40,116 nt of DNA from Spirochaetota bacterium. Lineage in GTDB: Bacteria; Spirochaetota; UBA4802; JAFGDQ01. A model generated the notes under the pieces. The model did no database searches, was not told the origin of the DNA, and was given only the letters and a program-made list of their open reading frames with translations. Made by a program: the position numbers and the translations under genes. Positions 17,422 through 27,000 of this stretch are shown one piece after another; position 1 is the first letter of the stretch, and the number at the start of each line of letters is the position of its first letter. The stretch lies in NCBI GenBank assembly GCA_034190185.1, contig JAXHTB010000001.1, positions 1-40,116 of the forward strand, read 5' to 3'.

Positions 17422-19314
17422 ATGTACTTAAGAAAAATGATAGAATGGATAAAAATAGAAAGTGTGAGAATGTTCAAACAATATTTGCGAAGTGATTGGT
17501 ACAAATTTTTTACAATAGGTACTCTTGTCATTATCTGCTCTGTTTTTGTATATTATTACCATTTTATTCTTGGATATGACAATGTTTATACTCACCTGTT
17601 CTATGTTCCTATTGTATTATCAGTTCTATGGTGGGGAGGTAAGGGCTTATATGTTGCGGTCGGTTTAACATTATTGCTGATATCTAGCAATATTTTTAGT
17701 GGGAGAATGATTTTTGACAACTATATCAGGGGCGCGATATTTATAATGATCTCACTTGTTGTCTATTTTCTAAGTGAAAGGATTAAAAGGGCGCGCGAAA
17801 GGGAATATCATCTTAACTCTGTATTACATGCAATTCATAATGTGAATCAACTTATTTCAACAGAGAAGGATAGGCAGCAGCTTATACAAGGCGTGTGTGA
17901 TGATCTTACAAGGAATAGGGGTTATATTAACGTATGGATAGCCCTTTTCGATGGCTTCGGAAAATTTGACGTTGCCGCGCAATCCGGAATTGGCGAAGAT
18001 TTCAAACTTATTGTTGATAAAATGAAAGACGGAGACTTGACGAAGTGCTCCGGCAAGGCGCTTCCGGAATCGGACGTTATAATAATAGAATACCCTATAT
18101 CTCAATGCGCAAATTGTCCTTTAAGTGGCAGATATGCCGGCAGGGGAGCGATGACTGTGCGGATTAAGCATAGAGACAGGTTATATGGGATTATGACAGT
18201 GTCTATTCCTTTAGATTTCATTCATAGTTCAGACGAACACGATTTACTGAAGGATGTAGCCGGAGATATTGCTCTTGCTCTGTATAGCATTGAAGAGGAA
18301 GAGAGAAGAAAGAGCGCTGAAGATGCGCTAAGAGAAGGTTATGAAAGATTTAGGGGAATAATAGAGAATGCCCCAATCGGATATTTTCAGATCAGCAAGG
18401 ATGGTTTATGGCAGTATGTTAATTGGGAATGGCAGGCTATCCATGGGTATTCCCATAATGAAGTTATTGGCAAGAATTTTGAAATTGTTTACCCAGAAGA
18501 AGTTAAAGAAGAAGTTAGGGGAAACGTTCTTAGAGCCTTATCAGGCGAGGTCATATCAGGGAAAACTATCCAGCTTTGCAAAGAAGGGAACATAACGCAT
18601 CATTTAATTAGTCTTCAGCCAATTTATCAGCGCGGAGGAATAGAAGCGATAGAGGGATTTGTTAATGATATTACTGAACGTATACAGGCAGTGAATATGA
18701 TTAAGGAATCGCTTAAGGAAAAGGATTTGCTTCTTAGAGAAATTCACCACCGGGTTAAAAACAACATGCAGGTAGTATCCAGTATTCTTAACCTTCATTC
18801 GGTATATACATGTGAAGATCATAAAAAGGATATTTTTAGGGATGCCCATGACCGTATCTATGCGATGGCATTAATTCACGAGATGTTGTATCAGTCACCA
18901 AATATGGTAAATGTCGATTTTAGTGAGTATATTAAAGATTTTACAGCTCAATTGTTTCATTCTCATAATATAGATTCTGGAAGGATAAGATTGGTAATGG
19001 ATATTCAGAATGTGCATCTTGGCATTGATCAGGCAATACCATGCGCTCAGATCATAAATGAGATTTTTTCGAACTCATTAAAACATGCATTTCCGGAAAA
19101 GAGAGAGGGAGAGATCAAAATAGATTTTCGAAGGCTTGAAAATAATAATTATTCACTAATGATAAGCGACAATGGGGTGGGTATTCCGGATGGATTGGAC
19201 ATTAACAAAACAGATACCCTAGGGTTAAAGCTGCTGAACGCCCTTGTTAAACAGTTGAAAGGCAACATAGAAATTGTCAAAAACAATGGCACACTGTTTG
19301 TCATTACCTTTTAG
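17422..19314 (+). CDS. Membrane sensor histidine kinase: TM region - Cys-containing GAF-like module - PAS - HisKA_2 - HATPase_c
   Basis: There are about 4 N-terminal hydrophobic helices. The H-box LLREIHHRVKNNMQVVSSILNLH is of HisKA_2 type. A PAS module (FRGIIENAPIGYF) is present. The ATP-binding region includes NSLKHAF, SDNGVGIP and LGLKL. Confidence 0.85.
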   Translation: MYLRKMIEWIKIESVRMFKQYLRSDWYKFFTIGTLVIICSVFVYYYHFILGYDNVYTHLFYVPIVLSVLWWGGKGLYVAVGLTLLLISSNIFSGRMIFDNYIRGAIFIMISLVVYFLSERIKRAREREYHLNSVLHAIHNVNQLISTEKDRQQLIQGVCDDLTRNRGYINVWIALFDGFGKFDVAAQSGIGEDFKLIVDKMKDGDLTKCSGKALPESDVIIIEYPISQCANCPLSGRYAGRGAMTVRIKHRDRLYGIMTVSIPLDFIHSSDEHDLLKDVAGDIALALYSIEEEERRKSAEDALREGYERFRGIIENAPIGYFQISKDGLWQYVNWEWQAIHGYSHNEVIGKNFEIVYPEEVKEEVRGNVLRALSGEVISGKTIQLCKEGNITHHLISLQPIYQRGGIEAIEGFVNDITERIQAVNMIKESLKEKDLLLREIHHRVKNNMQVVSSILNLHSVYTCEDHKKDIFRDAHDRIYAMALIHEMLYQSPNMVNVDFSEYIKDFTAQLFHSHNIDSGRIRLVMDIQNVHLGIDQAIPCAQIINEIFSNSLKHAFPEKREGEIKIDFRRLENNNYSLMISDNGVGIPDGLDINKTDTLGLKLLNALVKQLKGNIEIVKNNGTLFVITF

Positions 19315-19557
19315 GGATGCTTTATCCAGATAGTAAGGGTAAAACAGGTTTCACGGGTTTCAAGGATAGACAAAATTTAGGGCAAAAGATGAAATGCTTA
19401 AGATATATATAGTGAAAATTTAATAGTTAACATTGAATAGTGAATGGTAGCATGATTAGCGTTATGATATGGAAAGCGCTATTTCCACAAAAAAGTGGTG
19501 GGGGGGCTTTATTGTAGGAAGTTAATCAAGGTCTATTGTAATATCTAAGGAGAAAAT

Positions 19558-20495
19558 ATGAAAGCAGTATTCAATAGAGACGAACTACTAAAGCTTGAAC
19601 ACTCCCTGAAAAAGGAGTATCTATTTTTCCCCGGAATATTTGAAGTAGAATTGGAGCAGGGTCAGTCTGTTATTTTTAGGACGTCAATTGAAAAAACCAG
19701 CTTATAATAGATGAATGGGAAGAAGAAATAACGAGGAAAGGGAAAGAACATAATAGATATTCAAAAAAGAAAGAGCCCCTTAAAACATTATAATTGGGAT
19801 CTCCAAATTCTATTATTGATAAAGACAGAATAAACGCGGGCTATCACTGGTTTAGTGAATGGGGGCGCAATGCTATGATATCGCTTACAGGCTTGACCTT
19901 GTGCGCCGGTAAAAGGGATATTGCCTTTAATATTTTACGTAAATACTCAAATTATGGGAAAAACGGGCTTCTTCCAAATTATTTATCAAAGGATAATAAT
20001 CACTCATATAATTCTATAGATACTTCGCTGCTTTTTGGGGGGCAATAGAAAATTATATCTATTATACAAAAGAAAAGGATATCGTAATATAGCATCTTCT
20101 AAATCCTATGATAGAGATAATAAAGGCGTTTATAGAAGATCGTATGCCTATCGCGGAGATAAGGAAGGACGGGCTTTTATATTCGGGTAATAAGAACAGC
20201 CAGTATACATGGATGGATGCCGCTGTTAATGGCAAACCCGTGATACCGCGGCATGGCGCGGCAGTTGAGATGAATGCGCTCTGGTATAATGCCGTATCTT
20301 TTCTATATCTTGAATTCGGCGATTTTCTTGAGCTTGGATTATTGGAGAAAATTGAATATAAAATGCAGCTTTTTGAAAATCATTATATCCGAGATATTCA
20401 ATCTGGATCCGCCGTATACTGCCAAGGGGTGTATGGCGCAGGCATGGAATATGGGTGAGGTTATAAGATCGCTTGATTTAATTAGTCATGTCTAA
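19558..20495 (+). pseudogene. Glycogen debranching enzyme (GDE_C / amylo-alpha-1,6-glucosidase, archaeal type) pseudogene
   Basis: The AAGGAG SD and ATG are intact, but the reading frame is broken into at least 4 pieces in 3 frames. The pieces are MKAVFNRDELLKLEHSLKKEYL..., AGYHWFSEWGRNAMISLTGL..., YTWMDAAVNGKPVIPRHGAAVEMNALWYNA... and ...GCMAQAWNMGEVIRSL. Total length is under half of the ~2 kb expected. Confidence 0.85.
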
Positions 20496-20595
20496 TTATA
20501 TTATAGATTGTAGATAATACTCGATAAACTTAATTTCAATTATATCAATATAATAATCAAGGTTAATTCTTTTTTCTAAAAGGAGGTGACATATT

Positions 20596-21873
20596 ATGAA
20601 GGCTCTCATGTTTGGTTGGGAATTCCCGCCATTTATTAGCGGAGGTTTGGGAACGGCATGCTATGGCATAACAAAAGGACTTCTGGAAAATGATGTGGAC
20701 GTTACATTTGTGCTGCCGACAAAAAAGGGCAAAGGAATAACAGGTCCCTTAAAGGTGATCGGCGCTGACGAGGTTCCATTAGTAAGCGATATTGAGGAAA
20801 TAGAAAGACGCCTTAAAATAATTAATACGGAGTTCGCCGCCCCTCTAACTCCTTATGTTACATCTTTGATCAATAATGAACATGAAAGCACAGGCGCTTC
20901 TATCAAGAACATGTTAGGCATGCATGGCGGCATTCTTAATTTTACAGGAAATTATGGAGAAAATCTTCTTTCAGAGGTAATGAGCTACAGCCTGGTTGGA
21001 GAAACTCTAGGTTTATTTGAGGACTTTGATATTATTCATGCCCATGACTGGCTCACCTTCCCAGCGGGTGTTCGAGCGAAACGGATAAGCGGCAAGCCCT
21101 TGATAGCGCATGTGCATGCCACTGAGATAGACAGGAACGGCGGCTGCGCCAATGAGGATGTTTTTAATATTGAAAAATATGGCATGGAAAATGCAGATAA
21201 AATAGTGGCAGTAAGCTTTTATACAAAAAATATTATAGTTAACCATTACGGCATAGATACTGATAAAATTGAGGTTGTTCATAATGCTGTAAATAAAAAA
21301 AAGCAGATTGAGAGATATAAAATAACAAGAAATCTTGATGAAAAGATAGTTCTTTTTTTGGGCAGGGTCACTATGCAAAAAGGACCGGAATATTTCATTG
21401 AAGCTGCGAATCTTGTGTTAAAGGATATTGATAATGTGAGATTTGTTATGGCAGGCAGTGGGGATATGCTTCCTCATATGATATCCAGAATGGCTGAGCT
21501 TAAAATTGCGGACAGATTCCATTTTACAGGATTTTTAAGGGGGGTAGAGGTCGAGAAAATGTATGCCATGAGTGATTTATACGTTATGCCTTCAGTCTCC
21601 GAGCCATTCGGACTTACTCCGTTTGAGGCTCTTTTATATGATGTGCCGATTATTATTTCTAAACAATCAGGGGCTTCTGAAATACTAAGGCATGCAATAA
21701 CATTAGATTTTTGGGATGTTGAAAAACTTGCAAACAGTATTGTTGCTATCTTGGGAAATGGTAAGGTGGGGAAAGAGATCGTAAGGGAATGTCAGGAAGA
21801 GATCCAGAATCTTGAATGGCACAATGCAGGAGAGAGGTTAAAGGATATATATTCTTCAATTAGTGTAAATTAA
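20596..21873 (+). CDS. GT-B glycosyltransferase, group 1 (glycogen/alpha-glucan synthase-like)
   Basis: The N-terminus MKALMFGWEFPPFISGGLGTACYG has a K/GGL-type loop. The C-terminal region contains SVSEPFGLTPFEAL (E-x7-E). Sits upstream of GH57 with an 11-nt gap. AGGAGG SD. Confidence 0.75.
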   Translation: MKALMFGWEFPPFISGGLGTACYGITKGLLENDVDVTFVLPTKKGKGITGPLKVIGADEVPLVSDIEEIERRLKIINTEFAAPLTPYVTSLINNEHESTGASIKNMLGMHGGILNFTGNYGENLLSEVMSYSLVGETLGLFEDFDIIHAHDWLTFPAGVRAKRISGKPLIAHVHATEIDRNGGCANEDVFNIEKYGMENADKIVAVSFYTKNIIVNHYGIDTDKIEVVHNAVNKKKQIERYKITRNLDEKIVLFLGRVTMQKGPEYFIEAANLVLKDIDNVRFVMAGSGDMLPHMISRMAELKIADRFHFTGFLRGVEVEKMYAMSDLYVMPSVSEPFGLTPFEALLYDVPIIISKQSGASEILRHAITLDFWDVEKLANSIVAILGNGKVGKEIVRECQEEIQNLEWHNAGERLKDIYSSISVN

Positions 21874-21884
21874 GGAGGCGCAAT

Positions 21885-23114
21885 ATGATCTCAGTATGTT
21901 TTTACTTTCAGGTTCATCAGCCCTTTAGGCTGCAAAAGCATTATTCGTTTTTTGACATAGGGGCTAATCATTTTTATGAGGACGAAAGGAGGAATAGAGA
22001 AATATGCAATAAGGTGGCAGCAAAGTGCTATATCCCAGCAAATGAGATGATGCTTGAGCTTATTTATAAATATGAAGGGAAGTTTAAGGTAGCATATTCC
22101 ATCAGTGGTATTGCCCTTGAACAGTTTGAAAAATTTAATCCTGAAGTGATTGATCTTTTTAAAAGGCTTGCAAAAACAGGATGTGTGGAGTTTATCAATG
22201 AGACCTATTATCATTCATTATCTTTTTTGTACTCCAAGGATGAATTTAGAGAGGAGATACTTAAACATAGGAGAAAGATAGAAGAACTCTTTAACCAGAC
22301 ACCGACGACCTTCAGGAATACTGAGCTTATCTACAATGATGAGCTTGCTGAATTTATTGAAGAGATGGGTTATAAAATGATCCTTGCTGATGGGGCTGAT
22401 CAGGTGCTTGGATGGAGGTCCCCAAATTATCTCTATCAGCCTGCTAAATGCTATGAATTAAATCTGCTTATGAAAAATTATAGGTTATCAGACGATATTG
22501 CTTTTAGATTTTCAAATCGTGATTGGTTGGAATATCCCTTGACCGCGGATAGATATGCTCATTGGATTCATAATATAAGAGGGAATGGGGAGATTATAAA
22601 TCTTTTTATGGATTATGAAACACTTGGAGAGCACCAATGGGAAGATACAGGCATATTCGATTTTTTCCGCGCACTTCCAGAGATGATACTACGTCATAAT
22701 GAATTTCAGTTTATTACACCATCTGAAGCAAGCAAATATTATTCACCGATAGCTAAAATTGATATTCCTTATTATATATCCTGGGCTGATTTAGAAAGGG
22801 ATCTTACTGCATGGCTTGGCAATTCCATGCAGAATTCGGCTATTGAAATGGCATATGGGCTTGAAAAGGAGGTGTTATCATCAAATAATTTAGAACTGAT
22901 AGGTATTTGGAGAAAATTGTTGACTTCTGATCATTTTTATTATATGTGCACAAAGTGGTTCTCTGATGGAGATGTTCATAAATATTTCAATCCATACGAT
23001 TCGCCCTTTGATGCTTACTTGGTTTATGTAAATGTTTTGAATGATTTAAAAACTACACTAAAGAAGGATAATGTGTATAATAATATAGAGAGAGAATATT
23101 CTTTTACGGTATAG
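21885..23114 (+). CDS. Glycoside hydrolase family 57 (AmyC-like alpha-amylase / alpha-glucan-active enzyme)
   Basis: GH57 signature regions are present: CFYFQVHQPFRL (region I), FRNTELIY (candidate nucleophile Glu), FMDYETLGEH (candidate acid/base Asp) and LTSDHFYYM (region V). Confidence 0.8.
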   Translation: MISVCFYFQVHQPFRLQKHYSFFDIGANHFYEDERRNREICNKVAAKCYIPANEMMLELIYKYEGKFKVAYSISGIALEQFEKFNPEVIDLFKRLAKTGCVEFINETYYHSLSFLYSKDEFREEILKHRRKIEELFNQTPTTFRNTELIYNDELAEFIEEMGYKMILADGADQVLGWRSPNYLYQPAKCYELNLLMKNYRLSDDIAFRFSNRDWLEYPLTADRYAHWIHNIRGNGEIINLFMDYETLGEHQWEDTGIFDFFRALPEMILRHNEFQFITPSEASKYYSPIAKIDIPYYISWADLERDLTAWLGNSMQNSAIEMAYGLEKEVLSSNNLELIGIWRKLLTSDHFYYMCTKWFSDGDVHKYFNPYDSPFDAYLVYVNVLNDLKTTLKKDNVYNNIEREYSFTV

Positions 23115-23120
23115 ATTTTA

Positions 23121-23279
23121 CTTAGGGCCTATTTCAGTAGGTTGTGACGACCGGCTTTTTCAGGATTTCGTCATATAATTTCGTTATAATTAATTAGTTG
23201 TCGTATTTAATTCAATGAGACTCAAACGCAACCCAAAATTGTCATCGACATACTCTCACTTACTGAGGTAGGCTCTAAG
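23121..23279 (+). ncRNA. Candidate structured intergenic RNA element closed by a 21-bp stem
   Basis: CUUAGGGCCUAUUUCAGUAGG (23121..23141) pairs at all 21 positions with CUUACUGAGGUAGGCUCUAAG (23259..23279). That is 17 Watson-Crick and 4 G.U pairs on the + strand; the same four positions would be C.A mismatches on the - strand. Inner hairpins are GUGACGA/UCGUCAU and UGUCG/CGACA. It lies between GH57 and the CBS gene. Confidence 0.4.
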
Positions 23280-23319
23280 TATTATTAAAAAAATATTATT
23301 GTTATATAGGGGTGAAGAA

Positions 23320-23760
23320 ATGAAAGTAAAAGAGATAATGATTAAGAATGTTTTAGAAACAAAGGCAGATTATTCGATCAAGGAGGTTAGTCGTCATTTA
23401 ATAAAAAATCATATTAATTGCATGCCTGTTGTTGACAATGATGGTTCATTAATTGGAATAGTGACTCAGGCAGATATTTTCCGAGCAATTCTTCCGAGCT
23501 ACGATGAATTATATAAAGAGGGAGAATATATAAATTTTGAACAGATAGAGGCACGTTCCTCTGATGTTAAAAATAGGAATATTAGTAATATTATGACGAA
23601 AGAAGTAATTTATGTTGATGAAGAAACACCTGTTGTCAAGGCTGGCTCTATTATGCTGTTAAAAAAAATAAAACAGATACCGGTTATAAACAGTAATAAA
23701 AAGTTAGTTGGTTTAATTACCTTTCATGATATCATTGAAGAGTTGATTATTAACCGTTAA
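23320..23760 (+). CDS. Stand-alone CBS-pair protein
   Basis: Two CBS repeats are present (VKEIMIKNVLET...INCMPVVDNDGSLIGIVTQADI and ISNIMTKEVIYV...IKQIPVINSNKKLVGLITFHDI). I prefer the ATG at 23320 over the TTG at 23299. Confidence 0.8.
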   Translation: MKVKEIMIKNVLETKADYSIKEVSRHLIKNHINCMPVVDNDGSLIGIVTQADIFRAILPSYDELYKEGEYINFEQIEARSSDVKNRNISNIMTKEVIYVDEETPVVKAGSIMLLKKIKQIPVINSNKKLVGLITFHDIIEELIINR

Positions 23761-24021
23761 GAGACTATCTTAGCGGACCTAGGCAACTAATATAAATTAA
23801 AGAGCTGTGCGGGTTTTCTCTTATTTTAATACTGTATTTATTGAATTGTGAGGAAATTCAACAAGGGAACCTAATGTAAAATCGTTTAATCTACCATATC
23901 GATGTCGGCTTTGATTAATGAGATGAACAAATGCTGATAATTTATTCTATTATTCATCAATTTTATTGCTTATCAGTCTCGATCATCATGAGAGAAATAA
24001 ATTCTATGCCAGAGGGATGAT

Positions 24022-27000
24022 ATGAAAAAGGGCAATCAGTTTCTTTTCGAAATATCATGGGAAGTTTGCAATAAAGTTGGAGGTATTTATACTGTAATTA
24101 GAAGCAAGCTTAATGAGGTCGTAAATAACTTTGGAGAAAATTATTTACTATTAGGACCCTTGTTTGAAGATAATCCAGAATTTTATGAAGATCATAGCGG
24201 AGATCTCGCAATTATTAATGATCAATTAAAACAGTCTAACATTACTTCTAAGGTCGGCAGGTGGAAGGTCGATGCTTCACCGAAGGTAGCACTTATTAAA
24301 TTTGAAGATTTTTCGGATAAAGATAAACTATTATACGAATTATGGAACGATTATGGCGTTGATTCAATGAGCGGCGGTTGGGATTATATTGAACCAGTGC
24401 TTTTTTCAACTAATGCTGCAAAGGCAATTGAGGTTATATATTCTCAATATGAAGATTTTAATATTTTTGCCCATTTCCATGAATGGATGACAGGAGCAGG
24501 ACTGCTATACTTAAGAAAAAATGTGCCAAATATCGCTACGATCTTTACATCTCATGCAACAGTTCTTGGAAGAAGCATGGCAGGAAACGGCGTCGATATC
24601 TACGGCACATTTCAGAATATTGATTCCAAAAAAGAATCGGCGAAATATAATGTAACAGCTAAACACACCCTAGAGTCAGCTTCGGCAAGAGAGACTGATT
24701 GTTTTACAACAGTAAGCGAAATAACAGGGATGGAAGCGACACATATTCTACATATGAAACCGGATGTTATTCTTCCAAACGGCTTCAATGTTCATGAGAT
24801 TCCTGACTATAATTCGAATAGAACATATTACAGAAAGAATAGAAAAAAAATGACGACCTTTGCTTCTCAATTCCTAATGAAGGATTTATCAGAGGAGGAT
24901 ACTGTCATCATATCAACATCAGGTCGGTATGAATATCACAATAAGGGAATTGACCTGCTTATAGATACGCTTGGAGAATTGTACAAAGAACAACATGAAT
25001 TAGAAAAAGGGATCATTGTATTTTTCTTTACAATTGGCGGATTTGTGGATATGTCAAAAGAAAAGAGTGGGAAGCTCTCCGGTGTCAAAGAAAGAATCCA
25101 GAAGTATTCTATGATATCGACTCATCCCCTATGGGACCCTTACAACGATCCAATTGCAAATGAATGTCACAATAAGAATATACAAAATAATCCAACTGAT
25201 AGAATAAATGTCATTTATATTCCAGTTTATCTTAACGGCAGGGACGGAGTTTTTAATATGGAATATTATGACGCCCTCTCAGGATGCGATCTTACGATCT
25301 ATCCATCCTTTTATGAGCCATGGGGCTACACTCCCTTAGAGAGCGCTGTGTACTCTATACCAACTGTTGTTTCGGATGTCGCAGGATTTGGGAATTGGAT
25401 AATAACTAATAAATTAAAGGGAGATGGTATAAAGATCGTTAGAAGATTTGGGGTTAATTATAATGATTCTGTGATTGATCTTAAAAGCTTTATTTTGTCA
25501 TTTATAAGAAAGGATGCCGACTCAATAAATTCGATGAAAATCTCTGCGAGGAGAATCGCTGAAAAGGCTGATTGGAAAATATTTTTTCAAAATTATACAC
25601 ATTCTTACGATATCGCATTAAAAAATAGGAATGATAGGCTTATAGGTAGAGACAGAAAAGAATTATTAAAATCAAAAGAACTCTTTCTTGCAAAGACATA
25701 TTCAACACGCCCGAGATTTCGCCAGTTTTCAATACAAGCGGCAATTCCAAAAGAGGTCGGGAAACTGAGAGAGCTTGCATATAATCTTTGGTGGACTTGG
25801 AATGACGACGCTTGCGATTTTTTTAAAAAAATGGATCCTGAACTATTTGAAGAACTAAATAATAATCCTGTGGCTTTTCTTGAATCTATAGAAATTCAAA
25901 AATTAAAAGGGATTATTTCAAATAAAGAATATATGCTGCTATACGAAAAGGTGACAAAAGAATTCACCAGATATCTTTCCGCAAGCAAGCCTCATTTGGA
26001 TATAAAATATATCTCAACAAAAAGACCCGTTGCTTATTTCTCTATGGAATTTGGATTCCATGAGTGTATGCAATTTTATTCCGGTGGATTGGGAATTCTT
26101 TCTGGAGATTATATTAAATCCGCTTCTGATTTGAATATGCCTGTCGTAGGAATTGGCCTTTTATACAAAAATGGCTATTTTAAACAACATATATCTAAAA
26201 TCGGGGAGCAGATTGAAGAATATGCTTTTAATGATTATTTGAGAATGCCCCTAAATGAACTTAAAAGAGAAAACGGGGAGAGATTATTAGTTAAATTAGG
26301 ACTGCCAGGCAGAACCCTGTATGCCCGTGTCTGGATGGCTGATATAGGAAGGGCTAAGGTATATTTCTTCGATACTGATATCCCAATGAATTCCGTATCT
26401 GACAGAGAGATAACGGGAAAATTGTATGGGGGAGGTGAAAGGATAAGAATAGAACAGGAGATATTGCTGGGTATAGGAGGTGTAAAATTACTTCAGAATG
26501 AATTAAATATATTTCCATCAGTCTATCATATCAATGAGGGGCATTCTGCGTTTCTTATCATTGAAAGGATCATAAACCTAATGAAAAAGTATAATATTGA
26601 TATAGATACAGCAAAGGAGGTTGTTAAGGCAAGCACTGTTTTCACTACACATACGCCAGTGCCGGCCGGCAATGAAACATTCGATATCCGCTTAATTGAA
26701 AATTATTATAGTAACTATATAAAAAATACAGGAATAAATCTTAAGGATATTATTGAGATGGGACACATTCAGCCATCAAATGTTGACCCCTATGAGATGA
26801 CTGTCCTAGCTTTGAATAATTCATATAAACGAAATGGCGTGAGTCGTCTTCATGGATATGTATCGCAAAATATGTGGAATGATTTATGGAAGGGATTTCT
26901 ATTAGAGGAATCCCCAATATTTCATATAACCAATGGGGTGCATGTGCCGACATGGCTTTCAAAAGAGATGAAAGAGCTGTTTTACGAGTATTGTTCAGAT

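Noticed and set aside
23121-23279. c-di-GMP (GEMM) riboswitch as the identity of the long-stem element
   Set aside because: It was tempting given the HD-GYP and MshEN genes nearby. However, I could not find the conserved GEMM-I/II core sequences or a tetraloop-receptor arrangement, so it stays as an unclassified structured element.
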